From the human T2T-CHM13v2.0 reference genome, Homo sapiens, in assembly GCF_009914755.1 (NCBI RefSeq), contig NC_060930.1: DNA of 64,000 bases. The stretch is one strand, 5' to 3'. The notes beneath the pieces are model-generated. The model was given only the letters and a program-made list of their open reading frames with translations. It ran no database searches and had not been told where the DNA came from. Position numbers and translations under genes: made by a program. This document shows positions 27,042-41,080 of this stretch, one piece after another; the stretch's first letter is position 1; the number at the start of each line of letters is the position of its first letter.

Positions 27042-29944
27042 GGTAGCGTGATGCCTCCAGTTTTGTTCTTTTTGCTTAGAATTGACTTGGCTATTTATTA
27101 TTTTATTATTTTGCTTAGGATTGACGTGGCTATTGATTGGCTCTTTATGGTTCCATATGAATTTTAAAGTAGTTTTTTCTAATTCTGTGAATAATGTCAA
27201 TAGTAGTTTGAACGGGAATAGCATTGAATCTATAAATTACTTTGGTTAGTATGGCCATTTTCACAATATTGATTCTTTCTATCCATGAGGATAGGATGTT
27301 TTTCCATTTGTTAGTGTCCTCTCTTATTTCCTTGAGCAGTGGTTTGCAGTTCTCCTTGAAGAGATCCTTCATGTACCTTTTTAGCTGTATTTCTAGTTAT
27401 TTTACTGTAGGTATTTTATTCTGTTTGTAGCAATTGTGAATGAGAGTTCATTCATGGATTGTCTCTCTGCTTGTCTATTTCTGGTGTACAGGAATGCTTG
27501 TGATTTTTGCACATCGATTTTGTATCCTGAGACTTTGCCTAAGTTACTTATCAGCTTAAGGAACTTTTGGGCTGAGACGATGGGGTTTTCTAAATATAGG
27601 ATCATGTCGTCTGCAAACAGAGACAATATGACTTCCTCTCTTCCTATTGGAATACCCTTGCTTTCTTTCTCTTGCCTGATTGCCCTGGTCAGAACTTCCA
27701 ATACTGTGTTGAATAGGAGTGGTGAGAGAGGGCATCCTTGTCTTTTGCTGGTTTTTAAAGGGAATTCCAGCTTTTGCCCATTCAGTATGATATTGGCTGT
27801 GGGTTTGTCATAAATAGCTCTTATTATTTTTGAGATATGTTCCATCAATACCTGGTTTACTGAGAGTTTTTAACATGAAGGGATGTTGAATTTTATTGAG
27901 ACTTTTTCTGCATCTACTGAGATAATCATGTTGTTTTTGTCATTGGTTCTGTTTATGTGATGGATTACATTTATAGATATATGTAAGTTGAACCAGCCCT
28001 GCATCCCAGGGATGAAACAGATTTGATTGTGGTGGATAAGCTTTTTGATGTGCTGCTGGATTCAGTTTGCCAGTATTTTATTGAGGATTCTTGCATGGAT
28101 GTTCATCAGGATTATTGGCCTGAAGTTTTCTTTGTTTTGTCTGTGCCAGGTTTTGGTGTCAGGACGATGCTCGCTTCATAAAGTGAGTTAGGGAGGAGTT
28201 CCTCCTTTTTAATTGTTTGGAATAGTTTGAGAAGGAATGGTACCAGTTCCTCTTTTTACCTCTGGTAGAATTTGGCTGTGAATCTGTCTGGCCCTGGGCT
28301 TTTTCTTCTTTTCTTTTTTTGTTAGTAGGCTATTTATTCTGCCTCAATTTCAGAACTTGTTATTGGTCTATTCAAGGATTCGACTTCTTCCTGGTTTAGT
28401 CTTGGGAGGGTGTATGTGTTCAGGAATTTATCAATTTCTTCTAGATTTTCTAGTTTATTTGTGTAGAGGTGTTTATAGTATTGTCTGATGGTAGTTTCTA
28501 TTTCTGTGGGGTCAGTGGTTATATTCTACAAGGCTACAGTAACCAAAACAGCATGGTACTGGTACCAAAACAGACATATAGAACAATGAAACAGAATACA
28601 GACCTCAGAAATAAGACCACATATCTACAACCATGTGATCTTTGACAAACCTGACCAAAACAAGCAAGGGGGAAAGGATTCACTACTTAATAAATGGTGC
28701 TGGGAAGACTGGCTAACCATATGAAGAAAACTGAAACTGGACCCCTTCCTTACACTTTATACAAAAATTAACTCAAGATGGATTAAAGACTTAAACGTAA
28801 AACCCAAAACCATAAAAACCCTGGAAGAAAATATAGGCAATATCATTCAGGACATAGGCATGGACAAAGATTTTAGGATGAAATTGCCAAAAGCAATTGC
28901 AACAAAAGCTAAAATTGACAAATGAGATCTAATTAAACTAAAGAGCTTCTGCACAGCAAAAGAAACTCATCAGAGCAAGCAGGCAACTTAAAGAATGAGA
29001 GAAAATTTTTGCAATCTACCCATCTGACAAAGGTCTAGTATCCAGAATTTACAGGGAACTTAAAAAAATTTAAGTTCCCTTTAAGAAAAAAGCAATCCCA
29101 TCAAAAAGTGTGCAAACGATATGAACAGACTCTTCTCAAAAGAAGACATTTATATGGCCAAAAAACATGAAGTAAAGCTCAATATCACTCATCATTAGAG
29201 AAATGCAAATCGAAACCACAATGAGATACCATCTCATGACAGTCAGAATAGATTATTAAAAAGTCAAGAACAACAAATGCTGGTGAGGCTGTGGAGAAAT
29301 AGGAACACTTTTACACTGTTGGTGGGAATGTAAATTAGTTCAACTATTGTGGAAGACAGTGTGGTAATTACTCAAGGATCTAGAACTAGAAATACCTTTC
29401 ACCCAGCAATCCCATTATTGGGTATTATAAGGAATATAAATCATTCTATTATAAAGATACATGTACACATATGTTTATTGAAGTACTATTCACAATAGCA
29501 AAAACATGGAACCAACCCAAATGCCCATCAGTGATAGACTGAATAAGGAAAATGTGGTGCATATACACCATGGAATACTATGCAGCCATAAAAAGGAATG
29601 AGATCACATCCTTTGCAGGGACATGGATGAAGCTGGAAGCCATCATCCTCAGCAAACTAACAGGAACAGAAAACCAAACACCACATGTTCTCACTCATGA
29701 GTGGGAGCTGAACAATGAGAATACATGGACACAGGGAGGGGAACAACACACACTGGGGCCTGTCGGTGGGTGGGGAGGGAGAGCATCAGGATAAATAGCT
29801 AATTCATGCAGGGCTTAATACCTAGGTGATGGGTTGATAGGAGCAGCAAACCACCATTGCACATATTTACCTATGTAACAAACTTGCATGTTGTGCACAT
29901 ATATCCTGGAACTTAGAGTAAAATTTAAAAAATAAAAATAAAAA
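27042..29944 (+). mobile_element. 5'-inverted (twin-primed) L1, L1PA10-like: 27042-28525 inverted (minus), 28526-29944 sense with poly(A)
   Basis: An RT-region ORF (27402-27848, LFADD) lies on minus and the ORF2 C-terminus plus 3'UTR lie on plus. TSD GAAAACACTTCCTTCA (27026-27041) / GGAAACACTTTCTTCA (29945-29960). Confidence 0.93.
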
Positions 29945-30764
29945 GGAAACACTTTCTTCATTAGATATTAAGAAATTCATTGAGAAGGGGAGTGCAACAT
30001 TCTTGAAAAAGACTGCAGTGTTTGTTGTATCTTTGCTGGGATGATACCACCATATACAGTAGCATCCCATATTGACTGATGCCACACAGCAACACTTAAT
30101 TGGTCAAGCTGGGTGATGCGGTTTTCATAATAATCAACTGGGTGAGAGTGATGATAATAAAATTTGACATTGAGAAAACCTTTGGAAGTGACTAACTGAT
30201 CATGAGGATCCTAGAACTGAAACTGATAATAGCCCATTAAGGTCCCACTTAAAAACTTTCTAGGTTTGGCAGTGACTTGGGTGATGCACCACATTGGAAA
30301 TTCATGGTCCCTCCCAACTTGCCTGCCTGACCTAATCAAATAATAGACTCAGAGCTCCTTAAATAAAGGGAAAGATTTACATCATTGAGAAGGGCCCCAT
30401 AGTAATCTCTAGTATGTCTGTCTTCTAGTCTTCCTCTAGTATATTAGAGAGAGCATATTACTGGTTATTAAATTTATGTGATCCATAAATAGCAGGATAT
30501 CAGAACTAGCCTGTGATGGCACTAAATATAAAAGGACTGAATATTTCTCAGAGATAATTATGGTGACTGAATGTGGATATTCACTTTGAGGAAGAGGATG
30601 CATACATTTTCATTTGGAGTATAGATAATTTCATTATGTCAAGTTTGAGTATGCTGTCATTGCTATTGCTTTGTTTTGAAGTTATATGTATGAGTAGAAG
30701 GTGGTGTTGTGGGGAGAAGTCAAAAGGCAGATTCTTTATTTTAAAATAGTTGGCTGACTTCTCT

Positions 30765-33700
30765 TTTATTTTTATTTATTTTTAATTTTTGTGAGTACAT
30801 AGTAGGAGTATATGTTAGGTACATGAGCTATTTCAATACAGGCATACAGTGTGTAATAATCACATAAAAGTAAATGGAGTATTAATCATCTCAAGCTTTT
30901 ATCCCTTATTTGTGTTATGAACAATACAATTACACTCTTTTAGTATTTTACAATGTACAATAAATTATTGTTGACTGTAGTCACCCTGTTGTGCTGTCAA
31001 ATACCAGATTTTATTCATTCTAGCTACATATATTTCAGTACCCATTAACCATCCTACCTTCCCCACTACCCTAGGACTCTTCCCAGCCTCTGGTAACAAT
31101 CCTTCTACTCTCTGTCTCCATAAGTTCATTTGTTTTAATTTTCAGTTCCCACACATAAGTGAGAACATGCAAAGTTTGCCTTTCTGTGCCTTGCTTATTT
31201 TACTTAAAGACCTCCAGTTCCACCCGTGTTGTTGCAAATGACAGGATCTCATTCTTTTTATGTTTGAATAGTACTCTATTGTGTAAATGTGCCACATTTT
31301 CTTTATCCATTCGCCTGTTCATGGACACTTAAGTTGCTTTTAAATCTTGGGAATTGTGAATAGTGCTGCAATTAACACAAGAGTGCAGGTATCATTTTGA
31401 TATACTGTTTTCTCTTCTTTGGGTATATACCCAGCAGTGGGATTGCTGAATTATATAGTAGCTCTATTTTTAGTTTTTTGAAGAACTTTCAAACTGTTCT
31501 TCACAGTGGTTGTACCAATTTATATTCCCACAAACAGTGTAAGAGGGTTCTCTTTTCTCCACATCCTTGCCAGGATTTGTTATTACCTGTGTTTTGGATA
31601 AAAGTCATTTTAACTGGGGTGAGATGTCACATTGTAGTTTTGATGTGCATTTCTCTGATGATCAATGATGCTGAGCACCTTTTCATACAACTTCTTACTA
31701 TTTGCATGCCTTCTTTGAGAAATGTCTGTTCAAATCTTTTGCCCATTTTAATCAGATTATTAGATTTTTTTCCTAAACAGTTGTTTGAGCTCTTTATATA
31801 TTCTGGTTATTAAGCCCTGTCAGATGGGTAGTTTGCAAATATTTTCTCCCATTCTGTGGGTTGTCTCTTCACTTAGTTGATTGTATCCTTTGCTGTGAAG
31901 AAGGTTTTTAACTTGATGTGATCCCATTTGTCTATTTTTGCTTTGATTGCCTGTCCTTGTGTGGTCTCAAGAAATCTTTGCCAAGTCCAATGCCCTGTAG
32001 AATTTCCCCAATTTTTTTTTTGGAGAGTTTCATAGGCTAAGGTGTTAGACATGTCTTTAATCCATTTGGATTTGATCTTTGTGTATGACAAGAGATAGGA
32101 GTCCAGTTTCATCATTCTGCATATGGATATCCAGTTTTCCCAGCACCATCGGCACCATTTATTGAAGACACTGACCTTTCCCCAGTGTTCTTGGCATCTT
32201 TGTTGAAAATGAGTTCACTATAGATGTATGGATTGGCTTCTGGGTTGTCTATTTTATTCCATTGATTTATGTGTTTGTTTTCATGTGAATATCATGCTGT
32301 TTTGGTTACTATACCTCTGTGGTATAATTTGAAGTCAGGTAATATACCCCCAGTGTTGTTTATTTCTGCTCAGGAGAGCTTTGGTTATTGTGGGTCTTTT
32401 GTGGCTCCATATAAATTTAAGGATTTGTTTTTCTATTCCTGTGAAGAATGTCATTGATATTTTGGTAGAGATTGCATATAATCTGTGGATTGTTTTAGGT
32501 AGTGTAGACATTTTAACAATATTGATCCTTCCAATTCATGAACACGGAATGAATATGTTTCCATTTTTTAGTGTGTCTTCAATTTATTTCATCAGTGTTT
32601 TATAGTTTTCATTATAGAAATCTTTTATTTCTTTAATTAAATTAATTCGTTAATATTTTATTTTATTTGTAGCTATTGTAATTGGGATTACTTTTTTAAT
32701 TTCTTTTTTAGATTGTTTGCTGTTATCACATAGAAATGCTACTGATTTTTAGATATTGATTTTGTATCCTTCAACTTACTGAGTTTGTTTATTAGTTCTA
32801 ATAGTTTTTTTTTGGTGGAGTCTTTAGGTTTTTCCAAATATAAGATCATATCATCTGCAAATAAGGATAATTTGATTTCTTCCTTTTCAACTTGATTGTC
32901 TTTTGTTTCTTTCTCTTGTCTAATTGCTCAAGCTAGGGCTTCCAGTACTATGTCGAATAACAGTGGTGAAAATGGGCATTCTTTTCATCTTCCAGATATT
33001 AGAGGAAAGGCTTTCAGTTTTTTTTTTTTCCATTCAGTATGATACTGGGCCTGTTAAATATGGCTTCTATTGTGTTGAGGCATGTTTTTTTTATACCCAC
33101 TTTTTTGACGGTTTTGATCACGAAGGCATGTTGAACTTTATCAAATTCTTTTTCAGCATTAATTGAAATGATCATATGGGTTTTGTCCTTCATTCTGTTG
33201 ATACAATGTATCACATTGATTGACTTGCATATGGTGTACCATCCTTGCATCCCTGAGATAAATCCTACTTGATCACAATGAATCATCTTATAAATGTGTT
33301 GTTAAATTAGGTTTGCTAGTATTTTGTTGAGGATTTTTTCATCAATGTTTATCAAGAATGCTTGCCTGTAGTTGTCTTTTTAAAATTTGTCTTTGTTGGT
33401 TTTGCTATCAGGGTAATACTGGCCTCATAGAATGAGTTTGAAAATATTCCCTCCTCTTCTATTTTTTGAAATAATTTGAGTAGTACTGGTATTAATTCTT
33501 TTTTAAATGTTCGGTAAAATTCAGCAGTGAAACCCTTGGGTCCCGGGCTTTTCTCTGCTGGGATACTTCTTACTATGACTTCAATCTCATTAGTTGTTAT
33601 TGATCTCTTCAGGTTTGGGATTTCTTCATGGTTCAGTCTTGGCAGGTTGTATGTGTCTAGGAATTTGTCTATTTCTGCTAAGCTTTCCAGTTCATTGGGA

Positions 33701-35400
33701 TATAGTTGTTCATAATTGCCACTAACGATCCTTTGAATTTCTGTGGTGTCATTTGTAATGTCTCCTTATTCATCTCTGATTTTATTTAGATATTCTCCCT
33801 TTTTTCTTCATTGGTCTAACCAAAGTTTTGTTGACTTTAATTTTGCAAAAAACATTTTTTTTGTTTCTTTTATGTTTGTATTGTTTTCTTCATTTCAGTA
33901 TCATTTATTTATTCTGTGATATTTATTATTTCTTTTCTTTTACTAATTTTGGCTTCAGTTTGTTCTTGCTTTTCTGGTTAACATGAATCATTAGGTTATT
34001 TGATATTTTTCTACTTTTTTGATGAAGGTGCTTATAGCTATAAACTCCCCCTTAGTACTCCCTCTGCTGTATCCCACAGGTTTCAATATGTTGTGTTCCT
34101 ATTTTCATTTGTTCCAAGACATTTTTCAACTTTCTTCTGAATTTCTTCATTGACCCACTGGTTATTCAGGAGCATGTTTTTTAATTTCCATGTGTTTGTA
34201 TAGTTTCCAAAATTCCTCTTGTTGTTCATTTCTAGTTTTATTCCATTGTGGAAAGAGAAGATACTTGATGTAATTTCAATTTTTTGGAATGATTTAAGAC
34301 TTATTTTGTGACCTAACATATGGTCTATCCTTGAGAATGACCCATGTGCTGAGGAGATGAATATGTATTCTGCAGCTGTTGGATGAAATGTTCTGTAAAT
34401 ATCTATTAGGTTCATTTGGTCTAGGTGCAGATTAAGTCCCACGTTTCTTTGTGATTTTCTGTCTGGGAGGTCTGTCCAATGCTGAAAGAGGACTGTTGAA
34501 GTCTCTAGCTATTACTGTATTTAGGTCTATCTCTTACTTTATCTTTAATAACATTTGCTTTATATATCTGGCTGCTCCAATGTTGGGTGAATAAATACTT
34601 AAAATTGTTATATCCTCTTGCTGAATTGATCACTTTATCATTATATAATGACCTTTGTTTTCTTTTTTTGGAGTTTTGGCCTTAAAATCAATTTTGTCTG
34701 ATATAAGCATATCTACTCCTGTGCTTTTTTGCTTTCCATTGGAGTGGAATCTCTTTTTCTATCCATTTATTTTCAGTCTGTTTGTATTTGTAGGTGAAGC
34801 GTGTTTCTCGCAATCAACAGATCACTAAGTCTTTGTTAAAAAATCAATTTAGCCACTTGATCTCTTTACTGGATAATTTAGTCGATTTACGTTCAATGTT
34901 ATTATCGGTAAGTCAGGACTTCTGTTATTTGTAGTTTCCTGGTTGTTTTGTGGACTTTCTCTTTCTTCTTTCTTTCCTTCCTGTCTTCCTTTTAGTGAAG
35001 GTGGTTTTCTCTGGTGTTATGTTTTAATTTCTTGCTTTTTGTGTGTGTGTATCTGTTGTATGTTTTTTATTTGAGATTATCCTGAGGCTTGAAAATAATA
35101 TCTTATAACCCATTATTTTAAACTGATGACAACTTAACACTGATGGCATAAAGAAACAAGCATACTAACAAAAAGCAAAGAGAGAACTAATAACAATGCC
35201 ACACTTTAATTTTGTCCCTCTGCCTTTTAACTTTTTGATCTTTCTATTTATATCTGATTGTGCTGTCCCTGGTCTTGAAAAGCTCTTGTAGTTATTATTT
35301 TTGATTGACTCATCTTTTAGTCTTTCTGTTTAAGATACAAGTCATTTACACTCCACAGTTACAGTGTTTTTTTTTTATTTTTTTTTGTTTAATTACAGTG
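30765..35400 (-). mobile_element. 5'-truncated L1MA (L1MA1-3-like): inter-ORF region, degenerate ORF2 and 3'UTR
   Basis: T-rich tail at 30765-30790; minus-strand ORF2 fragments (33014-33286 [12 protein letters not shown]; 34083-34442 DIYRTFHP..SRIDH). Confidence 0.9.
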
Positions 35401-37699
35401 TTTTTTAAAACACAATATTCTGTATTTTAAATCAGCATATTATTGATCACACTGTATCTTGCTCCTTCAACAACTACTCCTATTGCTTTTGAGTTTGTGT
35501 TCTATAACAGTCATTTTTGAGTTTCAGCCCAACTCCTGCCTCTTGTTTATGAATTTTTTCAAATCTTTGAACATGCAGTTGATACCATACAATTTAGTCC
35601 TGAATTATATACTGCCTCTTTGTTGGGTAATATTATATACGTGTGTCTTTTTCTTCCTTGAGATCATATTACTTTAAGACGAGGATGTCATATGTTCCCT
35701 TCTGAGTCATGCTCAATAACTGTTGGACTGTTAATCTAATGGAACTTCCATATTCATGTTCTCCTATCTAGTCATTTATACTTCAAACAAGTAGAGATCC
35801 AACAACTCAATTACAGCATTAATCAACTAGAGAAGTCCTGATACCCAAATCCTTAAAGTCTGGGAAAAATTAAAATGTATTAGCATTTTTGAGGCTGATA
35901 ATGGGGCTGGCAAAAAGGAGAGTTCAAAGCACCCACTCTTCATTCTATGAAACCAACCAGCAGAGGGAGCAAAAGAGATATTAAAGTTTTTCTGTTTCTG
36001 CTTGCGGACCTTCCTTGATGGTTGCTGTCTAAAGCTAGGCTATACTTTAAAAATATATTCCTTTAATCCCAAGGTAGAAATTCTGCCATATAATTACCAT
36101 GTGTCTGTAAAACCAGTTCTAAAAGATTCTACGTGAAGGATTTCTTTCCCCAATTTTGAGTGGAAACCTTAAAATCTGCTGTTCAAAATCTAGGACTAAA
36201 ATTCTAGGCTTCTAGGTGGCTTAGGAAGTAAGGCAAAGAGATTTTGAATGAATAAAAAATTTAGCTTTCTAACTGTTGCTTAGGTAAATGATATTAATAA
36301 ATTTCTGCTATGTTTGGTGTTATCTGAAATCTTTCAAGAGATTTTTTCACACTATAATGGAGTTTTTACTACATTCAGAATCAATGTATATTTTCTATAC
36401 AATCAGGAATATCACAGAGATGGTCACTCGGAAAATAATGTTTTAAAATATATATACATGCAAGTATCTATGTGTACACATTTAACACATATACTATACA
36501 TAATATGTGTTCATATTTTCATATGAAATGTCTTTTAAAGATTATAGGTCAAAGGAGCTTCTCATTATCCTGGATATTTGGGCTTAGACAATTTTGTCAA
36601 ATATAATCATGATGATTGCCAAAGACTCATGTATGATTTACGGCACCCTTTGCAAAGCTTTAAGAATGTCATTTCTTGCATTCTTCAGATGAATTCAGTA
36701 TAAAGTTTTCTTGGATGTATCATATCTTGTTTCCAAAAGTGTCCCCTAAATTCAATAAAGTTATATTAAAGTATTGCCACAAGGGAAGTAAAGAAGCAAA
36801 AAATAATAAAAATATGTGATGATGCAAAGCTAATATGAGTTTAATATGAATCATTTTATTCCTCTGCTAAAGGATATCAAGAAAAAGAAGGATTTATAGC
36901 ATATTTCATTTTTAAAGAGAAGACAATTTTGTTTCTTTCGTGTTGGGCTTGTATAAATTGTTACACTAATGAAATATAACACAAACTCTGGGAATTTCCA
37001 GATATCATAGCACGGCGGGCATTCTCATCACTTGTAATTTCTAATATTAGGTAGAATTATATTAGATTTAGTTGTTTCAATTGATCATTAAAAACATGTC
37101 ATATGAAGAGTCCTTTGATTGAGACTATTAAAATTATTTTATGAGGAAGTAGATTGGACACATTGTGTGTGTCTGTATGACTGATCAACAATATAATATT
37201 TGCCTTCCCTAGGAAGAAACAATCTATCTGTCATAAAAATCGTTTCTTCTATTATCTATTTCTACTTTGTAGAAAATTTTTAACATAATGTGGTTATTCC
37301 TTGTGCCAAAGGCATAAATTCACAGAGTAACTGGAACTCTGTGTGGGACACCTTTTCTGTCCTCTGGCTGGGTGGTTGGATTATGCTGTGGAAAGAACAG
37401 CATTACAGCTTGGAGAAGAAAACGCTCCACCAAGTGTTTTGTAAGAACATCCAGAAGAGAAACAAATAAACCAATGTTGGCATTCATTTCATGAAAGACA
37501 CTAAAAAAGTAAAGTTTGAAAACTCAAAGTCTAAAAGCACCTTGTATTTTAAAAGAATTAAACCTTTAGGAAGATTTAACTGTCTCATGCTTCTTGGTAA
37601 TAGCAGTTTAAAGAAGTCCATTGTTTTAGATTTTTGGTTGTGTGAATATGGGTAATGTTTGAGTTTGTTGAAGTGATTCACGGATTGGGAGAAAGTGCT

Positions 37700-37900
37700 G
37701 AAGAGAAGGTGGAGTGGTGTGGTTCAGTGAGCTGGCTTGAATTAGCAGCCCAGACATGTCAGTTGTATAGACCCAACTTTATCATTCAGTAATTGCTTAT
37801 CCTTGGCCAGTTCAGCAAATTTTTTCTCATCTGCTCTTCTTATAGGGTCCAATAATCAAATGGAGAAACTGAAAAAGCCTGGCATGTTATAAAAATGTGG
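37700..37900 (+). mobile_element. MIR fragment
   Basis: GTGGTGTGGTTCAGTG...TCCTTGGCCAGTTC...CTCATCTG; degenerate. Confidence 0.45.
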
Positions 37901-40900
37901 ACTATCTTTATGAAAATTATTTGTTGGTATTAAAAATACTCAAGTAGATGATCATTATGGTAGTTTTGAATGATTTTTAAAATTATACTCTAGAATACAC
38001 AGCTTGGAAATAATAAATCTTAACTAAGAATAAGCCAAAGTGCCCTGATCTTTGGAAATCAGATGAAAATAATGCAGTATTCTTGAGGACATTCATGGTG
38101 ATTAGGGAGATGACCTTGACCGGTTATCAAATTCACAACCTCTTACAATGGACCAAACCTAAGCCAATTTGATTAAAAGAGATTTTCCATTGTTTATAAA
38201 GACTACCATGGCCAGCCAGCACTTCATTCCAATACAAGCAGTTTCAATATTATGCAATCCTTTCTTATGTAATTCTTGATTCTCAGGCCACACCAGCATG
38301 GGGATAAAAATAGAACATTATGATTGCTGCAAACTGGTATTTCTCTGGCCATGCTCCTATTCACCATGTGAGAACTCTGGATTACCCTTACATTTTTATT
38401 AAATAATTATAGCATTCTTAAGATGTATGTCATCTACAATCAGAAAATTTAGCCTTTTAACTACCCAGTGGCATCCTATGCTCGATTTTCTCTATCTTTT
38501 ATCATATGCCAGTGTAATATGTCTCCTGCCTTCTGGTATAAAAAACAGCAGCTTTGCTGCCAATGCCACCCTATGGAGATGATTCTAGAAGGAACAGTGT
38601 CTGTTCCCAGGCTGCTAGTGCTGACTGCCAAATGTGTCAACGAAGTCTTAGCATTAGTCACCAGTATCTCCTGCTGTGGGGGATGAGATTAACCCCAGCG
38701 CTGTAGTTGTCTTGTGTTCTGTATATCTGTGCTGGTCGCCCTTGGTTTTACTTGTTCTTCAGTCAATGCTATTCTGGTATTTGGTCAATACCATTCTGGT
38801 ATTTGGTCATGAATCTGCAAGCTCTGAAGTAAGGGGAATATGAGTGACTGACATTGTACTGCCCAATAATTTTGTCTTGCCTTTTATTTTGTAGTCCTTG
38901 AACCAAACCTGTGTGTCTCAATTCAATTTTGCTGTAGTTTTACCCAGGAGGAGTTTCAGTCTCTTCTCTAATACTCCCTAGCAGGCACACCTTATAGCCC
39001 TACCAATCACAGGTAGTTCTTTAGGCTTAAACTGATATACTATACCCCAAAATATTCCCTAATAAAATCTATATCATGATAACTTCGAGGCGTTTCCTTT
39101 AGTTGGGGTCTTAGAGGCCTCTCTCATTTTTATAGAAGTACTTCATATACTAACAGATCATAGACAGCCTTCCCAAATATCACTTCTGCAAAAAGAACCT
39201 CAATTTTTTTAAAGTAAGGGTGTTATTTTATAGACTATTTCTTGTCTTTTTGATTGTAGGCTTGAAGTTTTCTTCAACTTATTGAAAAACTGGGATACCT
39301 CATTCTAAAATATAACTCCTCTCTTTCACAGCATTCCTTTGTTTATCAAGCCTAAATGATGAGATGAAGCATCATTTATGGGGTCCTAACATAACCCCCA
39401 TTCTCAGTATGTCCAGTGTTATTGGAATCACACAAAGAGTGCATGCCTTTTAAATGACACATAAGAATGAAGTGTTATAGCAGGCTCCTGCTTTACCCTG
39501 GCTTGTAGTTTCCTGAGAGATGCCAGAATTGGCCAAGGGAATTCTTTTTGAAAAGATGGAAAAAGGTTCCATGGAAGACAAACATAGATCACTTTTAAAA
39601 AATCATTTTCTTCCATTTTTATTCCCCTCGTCAGTTCATAAATACTAAAGCCCACTTTCAAAAGGTACACATAACCTATTTGTGTTGGAATATAATTGGA
39701 GGGATTTTGAGAGCCATTTAGACATTTGACAAACGTCATTTTGAAAAAAATTTCATTATTGGCTGAATAAAATCTAAAGCAGATGTCACATTTGATTGTA
39801 TCTATTAAAGATATATGTCAATTAGTGCATATCAAAGAGCAAGTTGACATGTTTTTTCAATATATTCATTTCTCTAATTTATCTCAGGCAGTAAACAGTA
39901 TAGGGTTTTTTTGTTTTGTCTTTTTTTTGTTTGTTTGTTTTTTAACACTGATCCCCATAAAGTATTCTGGGAAAGAAAGTTTCCATGGTGAGTGAGTTTG
40001 GCTTTATACCTTGTTTTCAGAGGCCCTGCAGCAAAAAATTTTTGCTTAACTTATTTAACTGACCCATTTCCAAACTAACTTGACCACAATAACTACCCTT
40101 TCCCTTTTGTTTCAAACAGGGACACAGGAACACATTTAACTCTTGTGGAACACACTTTGGTAACTGCCCTGGTTTAAACTCTCTAGTACTTTTGACTTAA
40201 TGAGTAATTTATTTCAATTTTCCTCTCAATAAATATTTCAGGTATTGCGCTAGTTTTGTTGAGTCAACCAGGGTTTTTGATATGGCATACATATATAGCT
40301 TTATTCTACTCACAATTTTATATGCATTTTTTGAACATACTTGTTTGCCAAAATAATTGTTTGCATTAGGTTCTCATCATATGGTAAGGCAAATGCAAGA
40401 GGATCTAAACATGTATTTTTATTTTATTTCATTTTTTATTTTTAAATTTTTATCTTTTGCCTGGAGGCCACCCTAAGCATGTATTTTTAAAGTAAGGTCT
40501 AGGCAGTTTCTTAGGACCAGGATGGTGCTGAGCCTAGCTGTCTCCTGTTTGGGAAAATACCAAAGGTGCAGGACATTCAGTGAATGGGCAGACAGCTCAG
40601 AAATGCAATCAATTCAATAGCTGCAAGAGACCATAGATATCATGTAGTGTTAGCCTTTCATTTTGTGTTAGTAATCAGAGGCCCAGATTACCAATATGAC
40701 TGGCCTCAGATTAGGCAGCAGTTGTGGTATAGTTGCATTTAAACCTGGCCTTATAACTCTTAGTCCTCTAAGATTTCTGCTATACTTAGGGCTTCTGCTA
40801 TTTCTTATGACTCTGGTGGAATAGTCAGACCTTGCCTCAACTTCATTTCTACTATTTTCACCAAGATCACAAAGCCACAGCATTGAAAACATTGACCTTG

Positions 40901-41012
40901 GTTTTGAAAAGCACAGCTATAGAGCTGACAATGTATACCATGTGGAAAAAATGCCTTAAAATATTAAACTGCATCAATATATTTCTAAGTAAAAAAGTGA
41001 GTGTGGTGCCTC

Positions 41013-41080
41013 TGTGTGTGTGTGTGTGTGTGTGTGTGTAGGGTGATGGTGGTGGTGGTGATGGTGTGGGTGGGGAAGGG
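41013..41080 (+). repeat. (TG)13 microsatellite followed by a (GGT)n/G-rich tract
   Basis: Read directly from the sequence. Confidence 0.9.
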
